Shown here piece by piece: positions 16,940 to 25,081 of a DNA stretch of 28,882 bases; position 1 is the stretch's first letter; each line of letters begins with the position of its first letter. This DNA is from Acidobacteriota bacterium (GTDB taxonomy: Bacteria > Acidobacteriota > UBA6911). Made by a program: the position numbers and the translations under genes. The stretch lies in the NCBI GenBank assembly GCA_037386985.1, contig JARRLM010000001.1, positions 2,495 to 31,376 of the forward strand, read 5' to 3'. Below the pieces are notes generated by a model, which saw only the letters and a list, made by a program, of their open reading frames with translations, was not told where the DNA came from and searched no databases.

Positions 16940-17975
16940 GATGAATAAGCTGCCCGAATTGAACTACGAGAGTTTCCTGGCCGCTGCAATGCGGGATTAC
17001 CTGGACTACCTCGACCACCTCGGGTTCAGCACCATGAACCATGCCTACAATCTCAAGAGTATTGATCGCTTTCTAATCGAAAACGACATCCGCCATACCG
17101 ACCAGCTTAATACCCGGCTAATGGTCGAGTTCGCAGACAAACACAAAGGGCGGATTAAAGCCAATACCCTGCGATTGCTGCGGCATACTTTTTATGGATT
17201 CTGCCGTTACATGATTCGTCTTGGCTGGATGGTGGAAAATCCAGTGGCCGGGTTTCCCGTGCTCAAATCCCAGTCTTATCTCCCGCATGTTTTTTCCCCG
17301 CAGGAGCTGAGGCTCTTCTTCGATTCCTTCAAAGCAAAGATACAACAGGAAGAGAATCCAACAGTGCGTTTCCGCGCTCTGTCCTACTACACCCTCTACC
17401 ACCTTCTGTATGCCTGCGGACTGCGTGTTTCTGAAGCCACTGCGCTCACAACATCCGTGTATTGTTCCCGTCAAGCGACTTTGTACATAGAACGTTCGAA
17501 GTTTCGCAAAGACCGTCTCATACCGATCAGTCGAAAAGTATGCTCCAATCTCGATTATCTTCTGACCGTGCGGCAGGGCCTGTTCGGGATTCCGCGCGAA
17601 GGATTCCTGTTTTTATTGGTGCCTCAATGCCGGCCGTACGCTCGAGATTGGCCCGGTCAATACTTTCGCAGAGTTCTCCAGCGCCTCGGGATTTACCATA
17701 ACAAGGAACATCATTGCGGCGTCTGCCATGGAACACCCCATCTGCACGAGCTTCGCAGAGCCTTCGCCGTCCATCGCCTCCTGAGATGGTATCGGGATAA
17801 GGCGGACGTCAACGCCAAGCTCCCTCTGTTGGCCACTTATATGGGGCACAGTTACTTCGGACACACGAAGACATACCTGACCTTGACCCGACAACTGCTT
17901 TCGGAAGCGGGAAGCCGGTTTGCCCAAAGCTTCGACCGCCTGGACTGGATGACGGATGATTCCAAGCTCGGATAA
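16923..17975 (+). CDS. ritB: Tyrosine recombinase, RIT second subunit (start uncertain: 16905, 16923 or 16941)
   Basis: LLYACGLRVSEA; HELRRAFAVHRLLRWY; LPLLATYMGH...TKTYL, typical of the middle RIT gene. Confidence 0.92.
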   Translation: MVKTTEMNKLPELNYESFLAAAMRDYLDYLDHLGFSTMNHAYNLKSIDRFLIENDIRHTDQLNTRLMVEFADKHKGRIKANTLRLLRHTFYGFCRYMIRLGWMVENPVAGFPVLKSQSYLPHVFSPQELRLFFDSFKAKIQQEENPTVRFRALSYYTLYHLLYACGLRVSEATALTTSVYCSRQATLYIERSKFRKDRLIPISRKVCSNLDYLLTVRQGLFGIPREGFLFLLVPQCRPYARDWPGQYFRRVLQRLGIYHNKEHHCGVCHGTPHLHELRRAFAVHRLLRWYRDKADVNAKLPLLATYMGHSYFGHTKTYLTLTRQLLSEAGSRFAQSFDRLDWMTDDSKLG

Positions 17976-18987
17976 ACTCTCGGTTCATCTCCATTACTTT
18001 TTTACGCGCTATCTGCCGCAACACCGGGAGGTCTCGTCCCATACGTTGTCGAGCTATAGGCAAACGTTCATTCACCTCGTTCGCTACTGGAACCGATCCT
18101 TCCCGGATTGTCCCGACCCTACAATAGATCGATTCCATGTTGGATTTTTGCTGGAGTTCCTTTCCTATCTGGAAAAAGAGCTGGGCAACGCGGCAGCGAC
18201 GCGCAACTCCCGCCTGGCTGCCCTGAAGTCCTTTTTTAAAATGGTCAGTCTGATCGAGCCCCGCTATCAAACGCAATGCCGTCAGATCCTGATGATTCCT
18301 GAGAAAAGAGTGCGGCGCTGGCCCTTTGAATACCTGGAGAAAAACGAAGTCGATTCGATTTTCGCCTGCGTCAATGTGCATACTCACGACGGCTACCGCG
18401 ATCTCTGCATTCTCCGCTCGCTGTACAACACCGGAGCGCGCGCTTCCGAGTTATGCGGCATCAACCTGCCCGACCTTGATCTTAAAAACAAACAGGTGTT
18501 GCTTTATGGCAAGGGAAAAAGGATCCGCACCGTTCCCCTGTGGGATTCCACCGCCGCATTCCTGAATAATTACCTGAAATCCGAACGGCGGGTTCCTCTG
18601 GAACCTTACGGCAACTTCCTATTCATCAATCAGCGCGGCGGCTCCCTGACTCGGTCAGGCCTTTATGCGCTTTGCAAAAAATACCTCGTTAAGGCTCGTG
18701 CCAGAGTGCCCACGCTGGCGCGTAAGCGAGTTCACCCGGTGCATGTCTGGCGCCGCACAACAGCTTCTCATCTGCTGCTTGCCGGCGTCGATCTGACTGT
18801 GATTCAGGAATGGCTGGGGCATGTCTCGATCGACACTACCTGTGGATATAAAGGCATCTCGATCGAAACCAAGCGTGAAGTGTTACAGAAGTTTTATTTG
18901 TTTGAGAAAGCCTGGCAGAAAACCAAAACGGAAGGGATTGATTGGAGTTTGCATCCGAATTTACTGTCGTTCCTGGAATCGCTTTAA
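17956..18987 (+). CDS. ritC: Tyrosine recombinase, RIT third subunit
   Basis: ATRNSRLAALKSFF; LYNTGARASE; HVWRRTTASHLL...WLGHVSIDTTCGY; overlaps ritB by 20 bp. Confidence 0.92.
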   Translation: MIPSSDKLSVHLHYFFTRYLPQHREVSSHTLSSYRQTFIHLVRYWNRSFPDCPDPTIDRFHVGFLLEFLSYLEKELGNAAATRNSRLAALKSFFKMVSLIEPRYQTQCRQILMIPEKRVRRWPFEYLEKNEVDSIFACVNVHTHDGYRDLCILRSLYNTGARASELCGINLPDLDLKNKQVLLYGKGKRIRTVPLWDSTAAFLNNYLKSERRVPLEPYGNFLFINQRGGSLTRSGLYALCKKYLVKARARVPTLARKRVHPVHVWRRTTASHLLLAGVDLTVIQEWLGHVSIDTTCGYKGISIETKREVLQKFYLFEKAWQKTKTEGIDWSLHPNLLSFLESL

Positions 18988-19073
18988 ACCATCTTCCAGG
19001 AGCCGGGATCATTGCGTCATCAGCCCGATAATTATGTTCTGTGTTTTTTTACCCGAATCGCTTACTGCTTATT

Positions 19074-19086
19074 TATCAATCACTTA
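19074..19086 (+). promoter_or_regulatory. IHF consensus site inside the RIT right end
   Basis: TATCAATCACTTA matches WATCAANNNNTTR exactly; a one-mismatch counterpart lies at 14714-14726 on the minus strand. Confidence 0.5.
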
Positions 19087-19136
19087 ACAAAAACAACCAA
19101 AATCCTGATAACTCATAGCGAATTAGGGAGATACGG

Positions 19137-19151
19137 CAACTCAGAACATAA
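19137..19151 (-). repeat. Right terminal inverted repeat of the RIT element
   Basis: CAACTCAGAACATAA (reverse complement TTATGTTCTGAGTTG); an oppositely oriented TTATGTTCTG lies at 19032-19041. Confidence 0.8.
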
Positions 19152-19421
19152 TCATGGACATAAGCATCTCCCGGCTAATCTGGCTGTCATGCTTTTTGGT
19201 GATTCGTGGCGGCAATTATCAGGGATGAGGGGAATGGGAAAAGGGAAATTGCGGGTAAGCCGCTGCAGCGAAATCAAGTCACTTTTCCGGAATGGATGTC
19301 AGGATCTAGAAACGAAAATAGCCTAACAGCATGGTCAAGTTCCCAACGTCTTGTTGATCGATCTTATTTTGTTTGTCCTTGAAGATCTATCTTTCTCGTG
19401 AAGTCTTCCCAAACCTGATCG

Positions 19422-21134
19422 CTACCCGATTCTCGGCATGAGCAGGTATGAGTCATACTTACCGCCTGCGTGAATGATATGATTCCCTCTATTCCGGGTT
19501 ACCGGACCGGGCAGATTCATACCGCCGGGACCACCCTGCCTGAAGCGGGCCATTACATTGTGCCCGGCTATCACAAGCTCAAGTTTTTCACCGCTGTGCC
19601 ATCTCATGCCGATGGGACGGATATGAATATCCAGCGGAACTATCTCGCCGGGTTTGATTAACTCCTCAACATCATGAGCATGATACGGAAACCAGGGAGT
19701 CGGCTGTGAAGTATCCAATCGACGATGTGATGCCCGTAACCGGCCGTCCGGACCGGTAAAGCCGTAGCCTCCCGGCACATGCTTTCCGGAAGAATCCAGC
19801 TTGTGCACCAACGCAAAGATATCGGCATCCTCTGCATCATCGGTCTCTATCCACAGACGCAGACTGACATAGCCGCTGAATTCTGTATCTTCCTTGAATT
19901 CGATTGCAAACCTGACATCGCTCTGGCCGTCATCCGATTGATAGCTGATAGTTGATTCATTTTTTGCAGGCTCGGCATTAAGAGCATTACTGGATGGATC
20001 CAGATACAATTTCTCATAGCGGGTTCGGCCTAACGGCCATTCTCCCTCTGAACGGTTAACCGTGTCGGTTCCTCCGGGATCCAGAACAGAGAGACGCACT
20101 TTCGGAGTTTCTTCCCAGCCGCTTTTCTCTCCTTTCAAATAGTGATCAAAAAATCGCCGAAGGTCATCTGCGTATTCGTAATAGTCCGGCCACTCGCCGG
20201 TGTTGTGGACCCGAAGCCATCTATCTTTAGAAGAAATCCTCCGGAACGCATCAATCGTTTGATGTCCATTCCAGCTTGCCACTATATAGGCGGGAACGTT
20301 TATCTTCTCAAGCTCCGGAGCTTTGTCTTTCCAGTAGCCGTTCATCAACGGATACTTTTCGGCCATCACTGTCATGTCTTCGACCCGGTTCATGCCTATT
20401 TGTGTTCCGGTATTCAGGTTGTTGAAAGCCGTATCACAAATACCGCCTCTGCGGACATCACAGCGATAGAGATCGATGTGTCCTTCCCATGGAGCGATGG
20501 CCGCCAGGTGCGGAGGATTTTGTGCTGCAGCAAACCACTGTATGATCCCCAGCCAGGAATTTCCTGACAAGGCCACTCTTCCGTTACACCATTCCTGAAC
20601 AGCTGTCCACTCGATGAAGTCGTAACAATCTTCAGCCGACTTGGTTCCCCACATGTAGATATCACCTTCGGAATAGAAGGAACCACGGGCATCCACGTTA
20701 ATCACGGCATATCCGTGGTTGCACCAGTAGGCCGGATCGGGTCCCTCGAATTTCTGGAGACCGGAAACTGCACCAGGATCAACTCCCGGAGGTGCCGGCT
20801 GGGGAAGCGTTTTGCCATAAGGACTCCAGGCTAAGATCGCAGGTACCACCTCAGTACCAACAGGAAGGAAGATATCCGCATATAGGGTTGCCCCATCCCG
20901 CATCGGAACGCCGACATCCCTGTGCCGGGTAATATCGCAAGGTAACGTAATACCGTTCTCGATGATCGTTCTTCCCTTTTTGAGAACAGAAACACCGGGT
21001 TTAAACTCTATTTCAGAAGCGGTCTGTAATTCGATGCCACGGTTTTTCGTATCAAGCGGCTGTGCCTTGCGAAACGCGACCTCTATATTCTCTGAACCAA
21101 ACTGAATTGTTTCGTATGAAATTCCATCCGTCAT
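19422..21134 (-). CDS. CocE/NonD family hydrolase (alpha/beta fold, PepX-like C-domain)
   Basis: VPMRDGATLYADIFLP, GYAVINVDARG, GNSWLG nucleophile elbow, GRLRASHR. Confidence 0.92.
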   Translation of the reverse strand: MTDGISYETIQFGSENIEVAFRKAQPLDTKNRGIELQTASEIEFKPGVSVLKKGRTIIENGITLPCDITRHRDVGVPMRDGATLYADIFLPVGTEVVPAILAWSPYGKTLPQPAPPGVDPGAVSGLQKFEGPDPAYWCNHGYAVINVDARGSFYSEGDIYMWGTKSAEDCYDFIEWTAVQEWCNGRVALSGNSWLGIIQWFAAAQNPPHLAAIAPWEGHIDLYRCDVRRGGICDTAFNNLNTGTQIGMNRVEDMTVMAEKYPLMNGYWKDKAPELEKINVPAYIVASWNGHQTIDAFRRISSKDRWLRVHNTGEWPDYYEYADDLRRFFDHYLKGEKSGWEETPKVRLSVLDPGGTDTVNRSEGEWPLGRTRYEKLYLDPSSNALNAEPAKNESTISYQSDDGQSDVRFAIEFKEDTEFSGYVSLRLWIETDDAEDADIFALVHKLDSSGKHVPGGYGFTGPDGRLRASHRRLDTSQPTPWFPYHAHDVEELIKPGEIVPLDIHIRPIGMRWHSGEKLELVIAGHNVMARFRQGGPGGMNLPGPVTRNRGNHIIHAGGKYDSYLLMPRIG

Positions 21135-22582
21135 GTCACACTCACCTTTATATATTCTAGGGCACTTCTCGCCGCAATACGGCCGGTACCCAGGGCAAAT
21201 CCCATGGCGTTACCAGGTAAGATATTGGGATAGATATCTTTATACAGATTGCATATCATGTCCCCTCCGGCAGCGTACAGTCCCGGGATCACCGAAAGAT
21301 CAGGAGTAAGAACCTCGGTCCTGTGATTCACCCTTACTCCTTCCGGGGTTCCGGTGCTGCCCATACTCCTGGAGGCATAGAATTTCGGTCGTTTTACCGG
21401 CCTGAGATACCGGGCCTTCTTGTTGAAAAGCGTATCCCGGCCCGTTTCGCAGCATCTGTTGTATTCCCCGATGGTACTTTTCAGGCCTTCTTTATCAATC
21501 CCGGTCTTTTCGGTCAGTTCATCGATAGTCTCAGCTACGAATACCATAGGAGAACCTTTTTCAAGTATCTTTGCCACCTCAGCATCAAACTCCTCCCGGT
21601 TGACTGTTGCCGTGGGTGTTCCTGCCTGCGCGATACCAAAACCCATGGGGAATTCCAGTCCATTCTCAATGAAATAATCTTTCGTATCTTCATCATAGAT
21701 ACGAAACGCGCAGCGGTCTTTTTGAAGTGACAGGGCGTTGCCCCCAAAGGGAGTAGTAACGGCAACCTCCTCGTTTACAAACCTCTCGCCAAACAGGTTT
21801 ACCATCAGGTGCGGGTGACCAAAAGATGCCATCAACGGATTCATCAGGTTTTTGGCTGAAGCTTTGTGATCACCACCGAACGGCGGCGGCATGGTACCTT
21901 CGGTTGTTTCTGCTCCAACTTCCTTGGCCATGCTGATCCCTTCTCCCACCAGGCCCGGAATACCGAAGGGAGCCCGGTGATGGCCGCCAAAACCACCGGT
22001 AGCCAGAATGACAGCTTTACACTTTACCCGAACGGATTCACCTTCCCTGGTTTCGGCTTCAACCCCGATAATACGATTATTTTCCTTTACCAGCTTCTTG
22101 GCCGCAGTTTTCAGCAGTAACTGAACTCCAAGTTCTTTCGCTTTTTCTTCGAGTTTGCGCATCATGGTAGCAGCCCCGCCCAGGCCCGGCTGGGGAGGAT
22201 CCGGTTTGACTATATGAGCCGTATAGTACCCGCCCGGACCGTGAGATGTCAGATCGGTAAACTCCACTCCCATATCCTCAAACCATTCCATGGTCTCCGT
22301 GGACATATCGATTAGTGTTTTTATAAGCCGGGCATCCACCGACCATTGCATAAAATCCATGTATGCCCGGAAAGCTTCTTCTTTAGTCAGTGGATATTGC
22401 TTAATTTTCTGGAGCTTGCTTTCGACACAGAATAACTGGTTTGCCCTGAGAGCAGTACCTCCGGTGTGAGGGGCTTTTTCAATTGCGATTACGCCGGCAC
22501 CACCTTCTGCCGCCGTCACTGCTGCCGCCAGCCCGGCAGTCCCGGCAGACAGAACTGCTATATCGGATTGATACTGTTTCAT
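21131..22582 (-). CDS. FAD-dependent oxidoreductase (FAD_binding_2; fumarate reductase/3-ketosteroid dehydrogenase flavoprotein superfamily)
   Basis: SAGTAGLAAA, EKAPHTGG, VILATGGFG, GERFVNEE, IPGLYAAG, GFALGTGRIA; 4-bp overlaps with both neighbours. Confidence 0.9.
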   Translation of the reverse strand: MKQYQSDIAVLSAGTAGLAAAVTAAEGGAGVIAIEKAPHTGGTALRANQLFCVESKLQKIKQYPLTKEEAFRAYMDFMQWSVDARLIKTLIDMSTETMEWFEDMGVEFTDLTSHGPGGYYTAHIVKPDPPQPGLGGAATMMRKLEEKAKELGVQLLLKTAAKKLVKENNRIIGVEAETREGESVRVKCKAVILATGGFGGHHRAPFGIPGLVGEGISMAKEVGAETTEGTMPPPFGGDHKASAKNLMNPLMASFGHPHLMVNLFGERFVNEEVAVTTPFGGNALSLQKDRCAFRIYDEDTKDYFIENGLEFPMGFGIAQAGTPTATVNREEFDAEVAKILEKGSPMVFVAETIDELTEKTGIDKEGLKSTIGEYNRCCETGRDTLFNKKARYLRPVKRPKFYASRSMGSTGTPEGVRVNHRTEVLTPDLSVIPGLYAAGGDMICNLYKDIYPNILPGNAMGFALGTGRIAARSALEYIKVSVT

Positions 22583-23493
22583 TTCGATTTTCCTTTTTTC
22601 TCAGGTTTCAGGTATTTGCCGTAAGCTTTGTATTTCTCGATTTTTTTCTGGGTTTCCGGCATTTCAAGTTGCGGTCCTTCTTCGTCACGATGCCTCATGA
22701 TCCAGCCCAGATGGTGGCGTTGTTTTTCAGCAGAGAACCGTGGATTCCGGATATCGTCGGCGTTCCACTCCACCCGGTATGTACCACCTTCACTGGACAC
22801 CTTTCCATGTACCTGGCAGGTTGGGCAGGCTATATCCGGCAGGCCATTTTCGAGATAGAAAATATTACAGTGGCAGACCGGGCAGGAGATGGGAGAGTCA
22901 TCTCCCACATACGCAACTTCTTCGAATGGCAGGCTCATCGCCCTTACCAGGTTTCTACCGAGCTGCCGGCTTCTGTCTATTGCCCGTTCGTTATCGGGAG
23001 TCAGGGCAGCGCCCAGATCGGCACAATGATCTATCTGCACCTGGTCAACAATCGTTGAAAAGTGCTGAATCAACAGGTGAATGGTCGGTAAGCCGAGACT
23101 GGTCCAGCCATCGTACCCTGAACCTCCGACCGATATGGCAGCGGACAACTTCTTTCGTTCATGGACAATCGGGTTGCGCATGAAAAAGTGATTGATCTTC
23201 TCACTTGCGCAGAGCAATGAACCGGGCGCCCTGAGATGGTATACCGGAGCAGCCAATATCAAAGCTGACTCTCCAAGCATGATATTTTCAAAAAGCCAGT
23301 CCGTATCATCAAACGGGCATACCGGTTTGATGAAACATGCCCCGCAACTTTTGCAGGGCAGGATCTTTATATCCATAGCCCGAATAATCTCCGATTCTCC
23401 TCCTTCCTCTTCAGCAGCCATCAAAGCTGCTTTTAAAAAGGCCTCGCAGTTTCCATCTTTTCTCCCAAAAGACAAACCGGTTATTTTGCCCAT
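22579..23493 (-). CDS. Flavodoxin-fold FMN protein (iron-sulfur flavoprotein-like) with an extra C-terminal CxxC...CxxC domain
   Basis: CKSCGACFIKPVC cluster, AAPVY, CPVCH and CPTC; RBS AAGGAG. Confidence 0.85.
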   Translation of the reverse strand: MGKITGLSFGRKDGNCEAFLKAALMAAEEEGGESEIIRAMDIKILPCKSCGACFIKPVCPFDDTDWLFENIMLGESALILAAPVYHLRAPGSLLCASEKINHFFMRNPIVHERKKLSAAISVGGSGYDGWTSLGLPTIHLLIQHFSTIVDQVQIDHCADLGAALTPDNERAIDRSRQLGRNLVRAMSLPFEEVAYVGDDSPISCPVCHCNIFYLENGLPDIACPTCQVHGKVSSEGGTYRVEWNADDIRNPRFSAEKQRHHLGWIMRHRDEEGPQLEMPETQKKIEKYKAYGKYLKPEKKGKSK

Positions 23494-23884
23494 GATTCTC
23501 CTTCTTGTCGGAACAATTGATCATCCGGAATCCTGATGGCAGCCTGAGGATAGGAAAAATTAGCGGCGGTTTTTTGTAGCGCCTATCCAACCAGATAGTC
23601 TTCAGCTTCTGATCAAAGGGATTATGTAAACTCTCTTGAATTTTCGACCGTGATTTAATCCCAGGCCCGCCTTTCCGAGTGCCTATAGTGCGAAATTGCC
23701 TGGGCAATCTCAGGCATGCTTTCCTCCAGATAGAGGTTGCCAGCACGCTACTTGTTTATATTCGGTGAATCCTGAGGCTATTATAGGCCGCTCATGTTGA
23801 TGTCGGAAGGCAAATCATGGGCTTCGTGTAACAACGATTTCTGACTGGACAGGTCACATGGAAGCAAACGCTGTATTTCGGTGT

Positions 23885-24090
23885 TCAGTCAACTACTTCT
23901 CGCTCGAAGATCAGATCGGCATAAGATGAAGCTCCATATCCACGGACAGCAGGCGCAGATGCCTAATCGAATCGCCAGCCATCTATAGCGAGAGTATTGA
24001 TTTGATCCTGGTGGATTCGTTGAAATTACCTGTGAATCCTCCACCCTTCAGTTTTACACGGACATACTTGTATTCGTATCTTTTAGCCAT
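23885..24090 (-). pseudogene. DUF4177-like small protein with a frameshift and a nonsense codon
   Basis: GGAGG RBS; MAKRYEYKYVRVKLKGGGFTG, then a shifted frame gives HQDQINTLAIDGWRFD*ASAPAVRGYGASSYADLIFEREVVD*. Confidence 0.7.
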
Positions 24091-24107
24091 TGTTACCTCC
24101 CATTTAA

Positions 24108-24398
24108 TGCGATTCTCGGATTCACTACAGGCACGAGGAATCGTACGAACCCGATTTTGTCGTTGAGACGAAGACAGAGAAGTTTCTCTGCGAACCCAAA
24201 CGGGCCACGGAAATGACAGATGAGGTTGTGTTAGCCAAAGCCGATGCGGCAGCGATCTGGTGCAAACACGCCACAGCGCATGCAAAAGAAAATGGTGCTA
24301 AGCCATGGAGATACCTGCTAATTCCACACGACCATATACAAGAACAAATGACGCTCGGTGGGTTGGCGGCTCGATACGAAGTGAATGCTGCGAACTGA
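24108..24398 (+). pseudogene. C-terminal fragment of a type III restriction (Res) endonuclease
   Basis: Frame open from 24108 with no start codon: YEPDFVVETKTEKFLCEPK (PD-(D/E)xK-like)...AKADAAAIWCKHA...KPWRYLLIPHD. Confidence 0.75.
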
Positions 24399-24427
24399 GC
24401 CGATGCTATCCGTCTGACCTGTTTTGA

Positions 24428-24488
24428 GCTGTGTCCCGTGCTGTGTCCGCGAGAACCTCGATCAATCTAACTCCAACCAACTCAGTCC
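24428..24488 (+). repeat. Partial, diverged copy of the 77-bp arm repeat (left of the tRNA-Phe core)
   Basis: 46/61 identical to positions 17-77 of copy 1, same orientation. Confidence 0.8.
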
Positions 24489-24526
24489 AACTTCCTGCCC
24501 CACGTCCCTCGCGGCTTGTGCTTATT

Positions 24527-24539
24527 TATCAATGGTTTG
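24527..24539 (+). promoter_or_regulatory. IHF consensus site in the att region
   Basis: TATCAATGGTTTG matches WATCAANNNNTTR; a weaker site CGTCAAGCACTTA lies at 24619-24631. Confidence 0.5.
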
Positions 24540-24557
24540 CGGCAGTACGTTACAGGC

Positions 24558-24602
24558 CTGAAAATCCGTGTGTCGACGGTTCAATTCCGCCCCCCGGCAC
24601 CA
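24558..24602 (+). tRNA. 3' fragment of tRNA-Phe(GAA), att core; not a complete tRNA
   Basis: CTGAAAA anticodon loop, TCCGT, GTGTC, T-arm GACGG-TTCAATT-CCGCC, ends GGCACCA; the 5' anticodon-stem strand, D-arm and acceptor strand are absent. Confidence 0.85.
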
Positions 24603-24667
24603 CTCCCAAAGCCTCTTCCGTCAAGCACTTACGCAGATTCTGCCGCTTCTCAGATAGCCCCGAAATA

Positions 24668-24744
24668 CCCTCAAAATACCCCTGCTGTGCCCAAAACTGT
24701 GCCCGCGAAAAACTCACCGTATCCAACTCCAGCCAACTGGAACC
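24668..24744 (+). repeat. 77-bp dispersed repeat copy 2 (right of the tRNA-Phe core)
   Basis: 70/77 identical to 7852-7928. Confidence 0.9.
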
Positions 24745-25081
24745 AAGATGGAGGGGAAATGGAGGGGAATCAGAAGAGGAACTTTCCGTTGGCACTAAAC
24801 AACATAATCCTGACCAGTGTGCATCCTGGTCTCCACGGGCAAGGAAAGTATCTCTCGGGATATAGCAGTTGACTGATAGAAAATATTTTACGAGGATAGC
24901 AATGAAGTGTGCCGGAACCTAAGAGCAAAGAAAAGATAAACGCTTAGATTCTTCCATCGGTGCATGTCAATTCGATCGGTCAAATTGGATTTTCCTAAAA
25001 ATGAATCTTGAATGAATAAGGCTCGGGAGACATGTAAAGCGATCCTTTGTTTTTGTCATTCAACTTGCCGAGGAAATATCA

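Larger units (their letters stand above)
14641..19151 (+). mobile_element. Recombinase-In-Trio (RIT)-type element, 4,511 bp, with two accessory ORFs
   Basis: Three tandem tyrosine recombinase genes; 15-bp terminal inverted repeats (14/15 match); 6-bp direct repeat TCATGG at 14635-14640 and 19152-19157. Confidence 0.85.

Noticed and set aside
19012-19326. 104-aa ORF downstream of ritC
   Set aside because: It crosses the right terminal repeat and AT-rich end of the element into flanking DNA, with no motif or RBS.
23494-23760. Riboswitch in the long leader of the flavoprotein operon
   Set aside because: Only a short GGATAGG/CCTATCC inverted repeat was seen and no riboswitch consensus I recognise; an Infernal/Rfam scan would settle it.
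23983-24285. 100-aa ORF as given in the track
   Set aside because: Chimeric: the first part is antisense to the type III Res fragment; the true start is ATG 24088-24090 with a GGAGG RBS, and the gene is frameshifted.
24558-24602. Functional tRNA-Phe gene (and likewise tRNA-Leu at 28839)
   Set aside because: No 5' half can be folded; the anticodon stems do not pair fully. Kept only as att fragments.
24780-24870. ASWSP peptide as a beta-propeller repeat remnant
   Set aside because: Too short to distinguish from chance.
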